Assembly: GCF_018350175.1 (NCBI RefSeq)
Contig: NC_058386.1
Location: forward strand, 126,294,001 to 126,358,000
Source: Felis catus
Taxonomy: Eukaryota
Reading direction: 5' to 3'
Length of the DNA stretch: 64,000 nt
The notes under the pieces were generated by a model. It had not been told where the DNA came from, did not search any database, and was given only the letters and a program-made list of their open reading frames with translations. Position numbers and translations under genes: made by a program. Shown here piece by piece: positions 1 through 18,905 of this stretch; position 1 is the stretch's first letter, and the number at the start of each line of letters is the position of its first letter.

Positions 1-361
1 GGAGTTAGCGCCCGCCCCTGAGTGAGGCCCTCTAGAGACGAGGCAGATCTGGGCCCTGCTGGTGGCAGCTAGCTCCCTTGGCCAGGACACGTTCACGGAG
101 CAGCCGGCGGGGCCTCGCCCGGGTCTGTGAAGCTGGAGGAGAGGGGCAAGGGCAGGGCCACGCAGTGAGCAAAGGTGCGGGGGGAGGAGTGACCATGGCT
201 TCCAGAGCCCCCGGCTGGAGTGTGCGGGGTGAATGGGACTAGTAGGGGAGGATGGTGGCATGGGGTGGAGGACACGCTGGCGGAGTAGGGGGCAGGTGTC
301 CCCAGGCGGTGGGGAGCTGTTGGCGTTGCAGGGGCTCAAACGCTCTGCTTCTCTTCCACAG

Positions 362-3663
<3,302 letters not shown>

Positions 3664-4284
3664 CCCCGTGCCCGTGGGGGGTTGCAGGCACGATGGTGTC
3701 CAGGTTGTTGCTTTCCCACCTCGAGGCACGCTGGACCGAAGGGCTTCCCCTCTTCCTACCATAGCATGAACCCCCAGTTCCCCTCGGCCTGTCTTGTTAC
3801 CCGTTCAACACGCTGAGGGGCTCTCCACCCTCCATCTACCAGCAAGGTGTACATAGTTCTTCGTAGATAGGAGACAGATCTCCCAGGTCCAGTCATTGTA
3901 GGGGGAGAGGACATGAGTTCTGGGACCCCCTCTTCCCCCTTATTTATTCTCATCTCTCCACCTTCACCCTTTGCTGTTTATAGTGCTTTTGTGTATCAAA
4001 TGCTCCCTCCCCAGACTTTACGGGGCTCCCTGCAGCAGCTAGAAGCTGAAGGTTCCCTGAGTTTGGGGCGGTGTGGAAGTACTATTTAATTGTCCTGCTT
4101 GGCTGGTGTCATTGTCTTTTGGTGATGTTGTGCTAATAATAAGCAGTACGCTGGGGTTTATTTCTGTGGCCTGAGAAGGAAGAGACCTCCACAGCAGCTG
4201 GGTTGGGTGTAATCATTGGTTTTCTGGCATGTACCCGCCAGGAGTGCCTGGCAGGAGCCTGGGGTTCTGGGTGGTTTCCTTCCT

Positions 4285-4295
4285 AATAAAATAAA
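4285..4295 (+). terminator. ATP6AP1 polyadenylation signal (two overlapping AATAAA)
   Basis: AATAAAATAAA about 620 nt after the stop codon. Confidence 0.8.
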
Positions 4296-4922
4296 GACAG
4301 GTTGCCATGCTTAGGCCTCTTGTCACTCATTTCTGCACCGGGCACGAGGGGATGCGCTTGGCTGAGGGCTGCAGGAGGGGGCGCCCGGATGTAGCTGTAA
4401 CGGAGTCAGGCCAAAGGGAAGGCCGGAGGGTCTTCAACAAGCCTTTAACCGGCGAGGGTACGGAGGGGCTGAGGCTCGCGGGCGGGGAGGGCGGGGCGGT
4501 CCGTGCCTGTGGGGGCGGGGAGGGGGGGGAGAGACCGTCGTGACAATAGCTGCCTTCGCGTCCCGAGGGGGCCGCCCCCGGCTGCCGCAGCGGCGCGCGC
4601 CCGCCGCACCCAGCCTCCTGGGGGGCGGGGCGGGCGGCCGGGTCGCGCGCGGCTCCCGCGCACGAATCCCTCGCGGGCCGCAGCACCGGCCGCCGGCCGC
4701 CCCGCCCGCCCCGCCCCTCTCCTGTCCCCTCAGGGCTCTCGGCGAGCGACGCCGCCCGCGGAACCGCGCTCGTGCTGCCTCCCGGACCCCGGCCGCCCTC
4801 CTGGGAGGCGAGCCAGGGAGGCGGTGGCCCCAGCTGGCGCGGCGGGACGCGGGGAGGGGCTGGGACTCTTTGACGCGGCGGAGGGGTCAAGCGGCGTCGA
4901 CTGCCGCCATCTTTGGTCCAGT

Positions 4923-4958
4923 GCGGCGGCGGTGGCGGCGGCGGCGGCGGTGGCGGCG
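4923..4958 (+). repeat. Interrupted GCG trinucleotide repeat in GDI1 5' UTR
   Basis: (GCG)3 GTG (GCG)5 GTG (GCG)2 read directly. Confidence 0.9.
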
Positions 4959-5013
4959 AGGACTGTGCTGAAGGAGGAGGAGGAGCGACGGGCGCTGGCA
5001 GCGAGGCCTGACC

Positions 5014-10103
<5,090 letters not shown>

Positions 10104-10932
10104 TTGATGCCCCTCCCCCACAGCCTAGCCCTTGGTGCCCTCTCCCCTGACCTGAGTCGGTTTTCCTCCAGGGCTGGGGAGATGGGCGTGGCTGGGCACC
10201 CCTGTTTCCAGCATTCTCTGCTTCCCCCACCACATTCTACATTCCTGTCACCCACCTCATTGATTCACTGACCAAATCCTTAACCTTAGTGATGGTTTGG
10301 GAGACGGGGGGTTGGATAGCATCCTCTTTCTTGGCCCTTCCTTATTCTGGGAAAAGAGGGTTCTTTCCCTTGTGTGTGTCTCTTCCCCCTCCACTCCTAA
10401 TTCTTCTGCTTTGTTTGGGAAGAACGTGGAGGAAAAGCTGACTTCTGTCCCCACTGCTCTTACCCCTACTTGTAGTGGCCTTTGGAGATGCCCCCTGCCT
10501 CCCCCCACCAGCTCTCTTGCGTGTTGGAGAGAAGGGGCCCTCCCAGCACAAAGTTGCATTCCGCCCCCCGCCCGCCCCGCCCTCGTTAATTTATTCTAAT
10601 TTATTAACTTCGGCCCCCCTGATTTGGGAAGGGAGCAGAGTGCCTCTGCCCGCAGCCTTCTGGTGTGGCCTGGGAGGGGGGAGGGCTTGCGTGCAGCCCG
10701 GTTGGAGGTTGATCTTGCTATTTTTGTTGCTAGTTTTGTGTTTGTGTTCTCTGGCATTTGCCGAGAGAGAAAAGAAATGTGAGCAAAGCAGAAGGAGGTG
10801 GGAAAATGGATCCAAACCCCAGTGCACCCTGCCCCAGCCCACAACCTTTCCCTTAGTGGTGGGAAACCCTTATCCTGCAAAGTGAATGTGTCCCCTTCCC
10901 CGACCTCTAGTGTATTTCACAGAAAACCTCTC

Positions 10933-10938
10933 AATAAA
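10933..10938 (+). terminator. GDI1 polyadenylation signal
   Basis: AATAAA about 830 nt after the stop, followed by T/GT-rich sequence. Confidence 0.8.
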
Positions 10939-11599
10939 ACTGTGTTGAAACCCGAACCCCGGTCTTTCGCTTTATTTCCAAAAAACGGGTGCTGGTGGGG
11001 CCTCTGCTCCTGGGGCTGTTTTGTTGTAGCAGTTTAGACTCTGGCTTAGTTTTGCTCCAGAGGGGAGTGAAAGGGGACTTTCTTCATCAGGGAATTAGCT
11101 GCTAAACCAAAAGGGCCCGTCCGGAGGAAATTGGTCACACCGGCTTACCCAAGGCCACCCAGCGAATTGGTGCTGGCACCAGGACTGCAGTCCCTTAGGG
11201 TCAGTGGGGGGGGGGGGGTAGGGGAGGAGAGGGAGAAAGGAGTCCAGCATGGGGTGGGGGGTGGAAGTAGAGGAAGTGGAGAGGGCAGGGTCCCTGTCTC
11301 CAGGTCAAGGAGGAGGACACCCGGGCCCAGCTTCATGGCCTGGGTTAAAACAGGAGACTGGGGCCCAGTCTTGGGTGGGGGTGGGGGGTCAAAATCGAAG
11401 CTGTGGGAACCGGGGTGGCCTCAGGGAGGCAGCAAGGGCGCGGGGCAGCGGTGTGGGTCTGGCCTTGGGCTGGCCTCAGCATTAAGGAAGAGGGTCTGGG
11501 GGCCCAGGCTTGAGGTCAGCTGGCTGAAGCAAGACGGGGGACCCAGCCTCGGGCCAGGGGGTAACGTCATCAAAGGGATGACGGGGAATCTAGGAAGCG

Positions 11600-12050
11600 A
11601 GCGACTGGGGTCCAGCCTCCGGAGGCCGGCGGGAAGGGGCGGGGCGGCCGGCGGGGCGGGGCGGGGCGGGGCGACTGCGCGTCCCCTGGTGCCTGACGTC
11701 ACCGCGCGGGCGTCAGCTGACTGCACGGCCGCCGCCGTCCCTGCAGCCTCTGAGACTCCAGCAGGCCGCTGTCGCCGCCGTCGCCGCCGCCGCCGCCGCC
11801 ATGGCTCAGTACAAGGGCGCCGCGAGCGAGGCGGGCCGCGCCATGCACCTGATGAAGAAGCGGGAGAAGCAGCGCGAGCAGATGGAGCAGATGAAGCAAC
11901 GGATTGCCGAGGTGCGGGCCCGGCCGGGGCCTCCTAGAGCACGCGCGCCGCCCGCCGCCCCGGCCCTCTGGGGCCCCGCGAGACCCTGGGCGGCGGATGC
12001 AGAGCGCAGGCGGCGAGCCGGGGCCGGCCCCTTGCTCCCGCACCTCCAGC
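11600..12050 (+). promoter_or_regulatory. CpG island promoter of FAM50A with tandem GC boxes and a palindromic CRE
   Basis: GGGGC repeats at about 11636-11672; TGACGTCA at 11694-11701; high CpG density. Confidence 0.85.
11771..11800 (+). repeat. GCC/CCG repeat abutting the FAM50A start codon
   Basis: GTC(GCC)2 GTC(GCC)6 then ATG. Confidence 0.9.
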
Positions 12051-15000
12051 AAAATGTAGAAACGATCTGGCGACAGTCTGCTCATCTGTAAAATGGGCCC
12101 AGGAGGCGGAGACGAGCTAGCTTGTGACAAGCTCCCAACAGGAGGGAGCCGTAGTCGTGGCTCCGTTGGTGGCATTAGGGCTCCCCTCGCGTACACAGAG
12201 CGTCCTCGCCCTGGCCCCTCGGCCCTGAGAACGAGGCCTCTGCCCTGATCCCATGGATGCCAGGGAAGTCAGGCCCCACAGGCCGTGGCGCATCCACAGG
12301 CCACTGAGGCTCATTCCAGAGCCCTTTGCACCGTGACAGAGGCAGAGTCCAGCGTCCGGGGTGCTAGCGGTTCACTAAGGGCTTTAATGAGTGGTCGGTG
12401 GCGGTGGGCTGGCAGGAAAAAGGATTCCTCTGCTTGGGCCTTTTGGGGAGACTCGTCTGCAGAGCGGGGACCCGGGGTGAGAGGGGAGAGCAGGCTACGT
12501 TGGGTACTGTGGATGCCAGGCCCAGGGAGACAGCTGTGCGCCGGGGCCTGGTGTGGCCTCGCTTCACGCTGGTGCCCAAGCCCTGCGGTCTTGGTGCGGG
12601 CTCTTCAGCCCGTGGAGTTGCATTTCTCTGCTGGCCACCTGCGTTGGAGGCCACCAGCCAGAGAACGACCTGTGTGGTACCGAGTGGGGTGGGGCTGGCC
12701 TGGAGCGAGGTCTCATGGGAAGCTGTTGGCAACATCTAGAGCCCCTTGGCCACTCTTCACTCTCTCCTGTCACCTCTCGGCTTGGGTCTCCAGACCTTCA
12801 GCTTAAAGGCTGGATATGAAAAACACCCAAGGCAGGTAGGGCCTGTGACCCCAGGGCCACTGAGGGAACTCTGGTCCCCAGCAGGAGACATGGAGGGGCC
12901 AGATCGGCACACAGGTTGCAGGGAGCCACTTCATTTGGCTCCCTCAGCACTGGAAGGGCCCTTCATAGCCCTGTGGAACCTCCCATTGATGGAGGAAAGG
13001 GGACATGTCTTTCCCAGGGTCACATTATCATGAGCCCAGCGGCAGATCTGGGGTTAGAGCCCAGCTCCCCGCTTTCCCGGTGGGGTGGTGGGGGGCCCTC
13101 ACTGCTGTCCTCCCTCTGCCACAGGAGAACATAATGAAATCTAACATCGACAAGAAGTTCTCTGCGCACTACGACGCCGTGGAGGCGGAGCTCAAGTCCA
13201 GCACCGTCGGTGAGCGAAGCGCACACCCCCCCCCCCCCCCCCGGATCCAGAGCCCTGCTGCTTCCCCGCGCTGGGCCACCCACCCTTATCCTCGCCTCTC
13301 CTCACCTCGTAGGTCTCGTGACCCTGAATGACATGAAGGCCAAGCAAGAGGCGCTGGTGAAAGAGAGGGAGAAGCAGCTGGCCAAGAAAGAGCAGTCGAA
13401 GGAGCTGCAATTGTGGGTCCTGACATCTCAGCCGGCAGCCCCCCCTCCCCGCCCCGGCCCCAACGTATAGCTAGTGCTTGGGGGTGGGCCGGGCGCTTCC
13501 TGCCCCGTGAGAGTGGGCCTGCCTGTCTGCAGGCAGCTCTGGGCTAGGGAAGGGGCCTCAGGGTGGGGACGTCGCACATGGTGTGCTGTGCCTTGGTAGG
13601 AAGCTGGAGAAGCTACGAGAGAAGGAGCGCAAGAAGGAGGCCAAGCGGAAGATCTCCAGCCTGTCCTTCACTCTGGAGGAAGAGGAGGAGGCAGGTGACG
13701 AGGATGAGGAGGTGGCTGTGTATGAGGAGGAGCTGGAGAGGGAAGGTAAGGCTGGCTCTGGGAAGCCAGGCCATAGCAGAAGAAGCATATCCGTTACCCC
13801 ATCTCGACGGCCTGCTCCGTCGTGGTCCTGAACCTCACACATCGGGTGGGAGAGAGAGCGGCCGTGGGGCTTGCCTCCAGGGGCAGAGTGAGTCAGGGCC
13901 TGGCGTGTGGCCGCTAGGCAGGGCTGTGGGCTCTTTGGTGCAAGACGCCGATGCTTGATCAGGAAGTCTTCAGAAGCTGCCCTTTGTAAGTGCCCATGAA
14001 GGATGGACCGAGGAGGGGAGAGGATGGCCTTGGGGCAGCCCAGCAGAACCTTCTGCGACGATGGAGACGTTCGGCTCTGTGCTGCTAGCTGGCCACTGAG
14101 CACGTGGCTTGTGTAACTGACGCCGAGTGTCCGTTGTTTGATTCATTTCAGTGTAAATTGATACAGCCACAGACATTCAGGACCTCAGTAGAGGTCTCAG
14201 CCGAGGGACCAGGGGGTGGCAGGGACAACTCGGGAAGGCTGGGGAGCAAGGATGAAACCAGCATGGGGGGCCCGTGTGCCACGTACCTGTTCTGAGCCAG
14301 CGCCGAGGCAGACAGATAGAGGCAGGGCGCCTTTCCTCTCCTTGGAGTCACATGGGTGAGCGCACGCCCTCTGAAGGGCCCGGGTCCAGCCCAGGGCGGG
14401 GAGAGCGTCTCACGGTGGGAACAGGTGAGCCGGGCCTTTAGAGCGAGGGGACTTCCACGAGCAACCAGAGGTGAGGCGTGGAGGGATGTATTGCGTCCAG
14501 AATGAGTGTGGCCGGCAGCAGAGCCAGCGGGAACGGACACAGTTGAGGACGTGGCAGGGCTTCCCTGCGGGAAGGACCTGAGGCCGGGGATGGTACCTCA
14601 CGGCGTTGCCGCGGCCCCGTATGGTGGCTTCGAGAGGACCGGCTGAGGGGCGCCTGGGTGGCGCAGTCGGTTAAGCGTCCGACTTCAGCCAGGTCACGAT
14701 CTCGCGGTCCGTGAGTTCGAGCCCCGCATCGGGCTCTGGGCTGATGGCTCAGAGCCTGGAGCCTGTTTCCGATTCTGTGTCTCCCTCTCTCTCTGCCCCT
14801 CCCCCGTTCATGCTCTGTCTCTCTCTGTCCCAAAAATAAATAAACGTTGAAAAAAAAAATCTTTAAAAAAAAAAGAGGACCGGCTGACGCGGTAAGGAGA
14901 GAGAGCCCAAGCCTCCTGGGTTTCCCTGTGTTCACGAGCCGCAGTCAAACATGCTGAAGAGAAACCAGTGAAGATAACTGCAGTCCCGTTTTAGTCATTT

Positions 15001-18000
15001 TGTTTGTTTATTTATTTATTTTGAGAGACAGAGGTAGAGAGCAGGGGAGGGGCAGAGAGGTCGGGGGAGAGAGAGAATCCCAAGCAGACTCCGCGCCGCC
15101 AGCATGGAGCCTGACACGGGGCTTGAACCCACGAACCGTGAGATCATGACCTGAGCCAAAGTCAAGTGCCGGATACTCAACCGACTGAGCCCCCTGGGCA
15201 CCCCAGTGCTGTTTCGTAATATAAGTGTTGAGTAGCATTCGATACTGTGCATCGTCACGGCAGGGAGCACTGTGGTGGACGGCGCGGATCTGGGGGGAGG
15301 CCGTGAAGCTCAGTGTGTGTCACTGGGGCTTTGTGAGCACTTCCTTCCCCACAGTGGTTTTGTTTGGGGGGGCCCGGCGATGAGGCACTGGCGTGGGATT
15401 CTTCTCTGGGTGATGCTGACGTGCAGCCGGGCTCCGGAACCGTGCTCCTAGGAGCCCGTAAGACCCTTTCAGGGGGTCTGCGAGGTCAAAAACACTTCCA
15501 TAAGTGCGGCAAAGCCTGCTCGGCCTTTTTCATCCTCCTTCTCTCTTGAGCGTGTGGTGTGGAGCTTTGCAGAGGCCACGTGACATGTGATGATGTCATC
15601 ACTCCAACAGCTAACAGAACATGGGCTTTCCCATTTCCGGGTCTTCACTGTTTCTCAGGCTTAATTTCAAATTCGGTGACTACCCAGAGCTACGGCCCCC
15701 AGAGGCGAGAGCTCTCCGGGGTCCTCGGTAACTTGTAAGGAAGAGGGTTCGGGGTGCTGACACCAGCAAGTTGTAGTTCCTTCGTGTCTGAATTAGGGAA
15801 ACTGAGTCCCAGAGTCCAAGATGTTGACGAGGCTGGCCTGAGCCGTAGCGGGGCTTCTCCTTCCCTCTTCCCCTCCGGCCCCAGTGTTAGTCGTCGTGGG
15901 ACTTTGGGCTTCAGTGTCCTTATCTGGGAACAAGGAGTGCCGCACCCCTTCGGGGCCGTCGTGAGGGTTAGGTGATACATCAGGTGTGGGCCCATGATGA
16001 GCACGGCTCCCGGTGTGGAGCGGGTCCTCCGCAAGCATCCACCCTTCTGAGGATGCCCCGTCCCTCCGTACAGAGGGCCCTTTGCTCCCTCACACACCAG
16101 CACCGATGCCTGAGGTCCCCTGAGGCGCCTGAGGTCGCAGCTGATGGGATGTGAACACAGTCCCCGAACTCCTGTCCAGCTGCTGGCAGTGGAGAGTGAG
16201 GCGAAGGCCTCTTGGCAAAGGTGCTTTTTGGGTCTCCATAGTGCTGTGGACGAGACAGTGCCGGCCACTGTGACTGGGAACCCACGGTGGTGCCACGGCA
16301 CTCCGGGGAGCCTCCAAGGAGGTGGTGTTTGAGCTGAGGCTGCAGAGACAGAGGGCCAGGGTGCCCTGGCAGTGGGGCCCGTCATGCAGCCGACTGCCCT
16401 GTTTCCTTTTGCTCCAGAGATCACTGCAAAGAAGAGGAAATTGGGGAAGAACCCAGATGTGGACACGAGCTTCCTGCCCGACCGAGACCGTGAGGTAAGA
16501 GTGGCCTGCTCCCTGGCTCGGGCAGGGGCTTTTTCTCAGGGAGTGGGGTCCTGCTCGCCCCCCGAACAGCCCTGGGCCCCCCTTCTTCATCCCCCTCCTC
16601 TCCCAGGAAGAGGAGAACCGGCTCCGGGAAGAGCTGCGGCAGGAGTGGGAGGCCAAGCAGGAGAAGATCAAGAGTGAGTGCCTGCCGCGTGGGGTGCTGG
16701 GGGTGGGCTGCCTCTCCTGCCGACAGTTGTCGGGGCAGAGGCCTCAGGTCCCAGGAACTTGCAGGGGGCAGGGACGTCTGCGTCTGGAGGCCAAAAGGCA
16801 ATTCTGCTTTGTAGGTGAGGAGATCGAAATCACCTTCAGTTACTGGGATGGCTCCGGCCACCGGCGGACGGTCAAGGTGGGTGGTGGGGAGCACGCACAG
16901 CCCCCTCCCTGGGCCCCCCCAGGGCCCAGCCTCCCTCGGGTTCAGTGGGAAGGAGCTTTCAGTCCTGACTTCAGAATTTCACAGGCCCTTTCCTGTGGAA
17001 GGACCCCGGGGAGCCTGGAGGGGCAGGGAAAAGGGCCTGTCCCTCTTGGGGGGGTAGCCTGGGGCTCCTAGGTCCCCGGCAGGGACCTCTGGGCCACTGC
17101 CTTCTTAAGAGCTCTTCTCCAGGCTTCTGTCTTGTGTTACCAACCCCTTGCTCTTGTGGATGCTCGTTCCTGGGCCGCTCCTCCAGATGAAAAAGGGCAA
17201 CACGATGCAGCAATTCCTGCAGAAGGCCCTTGAAATCCTGCGCAAAGACTTCAGCGAGCTCAGGTGCGCGTGAGCTCAGGAGCACGCACAGCACGTGTGT
17301 ATGCTTGCGCATCTGGAGCGCAGGGTCCCAGGTGCCGGAGCCCCAAAGTCTGGCTGCTGCTCCTTGGGTGGGAAGGTGGCATGCTGGGCACTGTGTTCCT
17401 GAGCCAGAGGGTCAGGTTTCTTTTCCGTTCGTGTCACCGGGGACAGCTTAGGTGGGGGTATCTGTTTTGGTTCTTTAGCCCCGAGGCGTAGGGTGGTGGG
17501 TGCCCATCCTGGGCCCGCCAGACCTTGCAGCCTGCCACGAAGCATTCAGGGTTGCCACCGGGACCACTGCCTCCCAGCTCCGGTGCCGGGGTTTCCTTGG
17601 GTGGCTGCTCCCGGGCGCCCACAGCCTCGTGCCTTTCTCCCTCAGGTCAGCGGGGGTGGAGCAGCTCATGTACATCAAGGAGGACCTGATCATCCCCCAC
17701 GTGAGGCCCTTCTCTTCCCTGCAGCTGGGGGCGGGGCGGCCGGGCGGGGCCGTGGACTGTGGGGTGCCTCGGGGCTTCTCGAGAGGGCACCTTGCTCCAG
17801 CCTGGCCCTCTCGCTCGGGCCGGCGGGTGGGCTGCGGGGGGGTTGGGGGGGGTGGGGGTGGCTCGTCAACCACGGCTCTCTTGCCTTCGCAGCACCACAG
17901 CTTCTATGACTTCATTGTCACCAAGGCCCGAGGGAAGAGTGGTAAGTGTCCCCGGCCCGGCCCCCTGCCTTTGAGTTCTCTCCTGTGTGGCAGGGTGGCA

Positions 18001-18444
18001 GCGTGACCCTGACCTTGGGATGGCTGCTGCTTCCCTGCAGGGCCACTCTTTAATTTCGACGTTCACGATGACGTGCGGCTGCTCAGTGACGCGACCGTGG
18101 AGAAGGATGAGGTGTGGAGGGGGAGGAAGAGCGGAGGGACGGGGTGCCCGCCCTCCCCCCCAGTAGCCTTGAACGGCCCTTCTCCCCGCCTCAGTCACAC
18201 GCGGGCAAGGTGGTGCTGCGGAGCTGGTACGAAAAGAACAAGCACATCTTCCCTGCCAGCCGCTGGGAGCCCTACGACCCCGAGAAAAAGTGGGACAAGT
18301 ACACGGTGAGCGGCACCGGGCCGGGAAGGCTGGGCGGGGGTCGGGCTGTGCGGGCCATTAGAGGATGGAAGGCCAAGGCCTTCCGGCCCCTGCTCCGCTC
18401 CACCTCCCTCTTCTGTGCTCTTGTGCTCACACCAGATCCGGTGA
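11801..18444 (+). CDS. FAM50A: FAM50A (XAP-5) spliceosome-associated protein, 339 aa, 13 exons
   Basis: Exons 11801-11911, 13125-13209, 13313-13412, 13600-13745, 16418-16494, 16607-16673, 16815-16876, 17187-17263, 17646-17700, 17893-17941, 18041-18111, 18195-18305, 18436-18444 total 1020 nt; [27 protein letters not shown]...[23 protein letters not shown]. Confidence 0.97.
14647..14873 (+). mobile_element. Young felid SINE (SINEC_Fc-like) in FAM50A intron 4
   Basis: Full head and tail; perfect TSD AGAGGACCGGCTGA at 14633-14646 and 14874-14887. Confidence 0.95.
14997..15204 (-). mobile_element. Older SINEC in FAM50A intron 4
   Basis: Reverse-oriented diverged CAN-SINE head, body and tail. Confidence 0.9.
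15450..15780 (+). mobile_element. hAT-Charlie DNA transposon remnant
   Basis: AGACCCTTTCAGGGGGTCTGCGAGGTCAAAA...CTCTCCGGGGTCCTC resembles Charlie-type ends as I recall them. Confidence 0.55.
15890..16030 (+). mobile_element. MIR remnant
   Basis: GGGCTTCAGTGTCCTTATCTG...GTCGTGAGGGTTAGGTGA resembles the MIR core. Confidence 0.55.
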
Positions 18445-18590
18445 ATGTCGCCGCGCCTCCGACCCCCTCTGCCCCCTTCCCGGGGCCTCCGGACTCCGGG
18501 CGCTGCCCCCCACTGTCCCGGCCCTGACGTGAAGGGCCGGCTGGCCCCTGCCCCTGCCGTCGTCATTTACTGCCTTTTTCTTTTACGGTA

Positions 18591-18596
18591 AATAAA
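18591..18596 (+). terminator. FAM50A polyadenylation signal
   Basis: AATAAA about 150 nt after the stop, followed by a GT-rich tract (gttgtgttttgtttt). Confidence 0.85.
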
Positions 18597-18634
18597 CACG
18601 TGTCCGAGTCGGAACACCTCCGTTGTGTTTTGTT

Positions 18635-18905
18635 TTAAACATTTTCTGAAGGAAAATTCACCATTTTGACCATTTGAAGGTGTCCAATTCAGGGGTATTT
18701 AGTCCATTCACAGTGTTGGGCAACCATCACCTCTGCCTACTTCCAGAACATTTCTGTCATCCCTCGAGGAGACCCCGTGCCCATGCACAGTCCCTCCCCC
18801 AGTCCCTGGTACCCCCTTGTCTACTTTCTGTCCACATGGGTTTCCCTCTTCTGGAAGTTTCACATAAGTGGAATCATACAGTATTTCTGGCCTTTGTGTC
18901 TGGTG
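18635..18905 (-). mobile_element. Old L1 (L1MB/ME-like) 3' end fragment
   Basis: CCATCACC...CCAGAACATTT...TTTCACATAAGTGGAATCATACAGTAT is typical antisense L1M 3' UTR. Confidence 0.75.
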
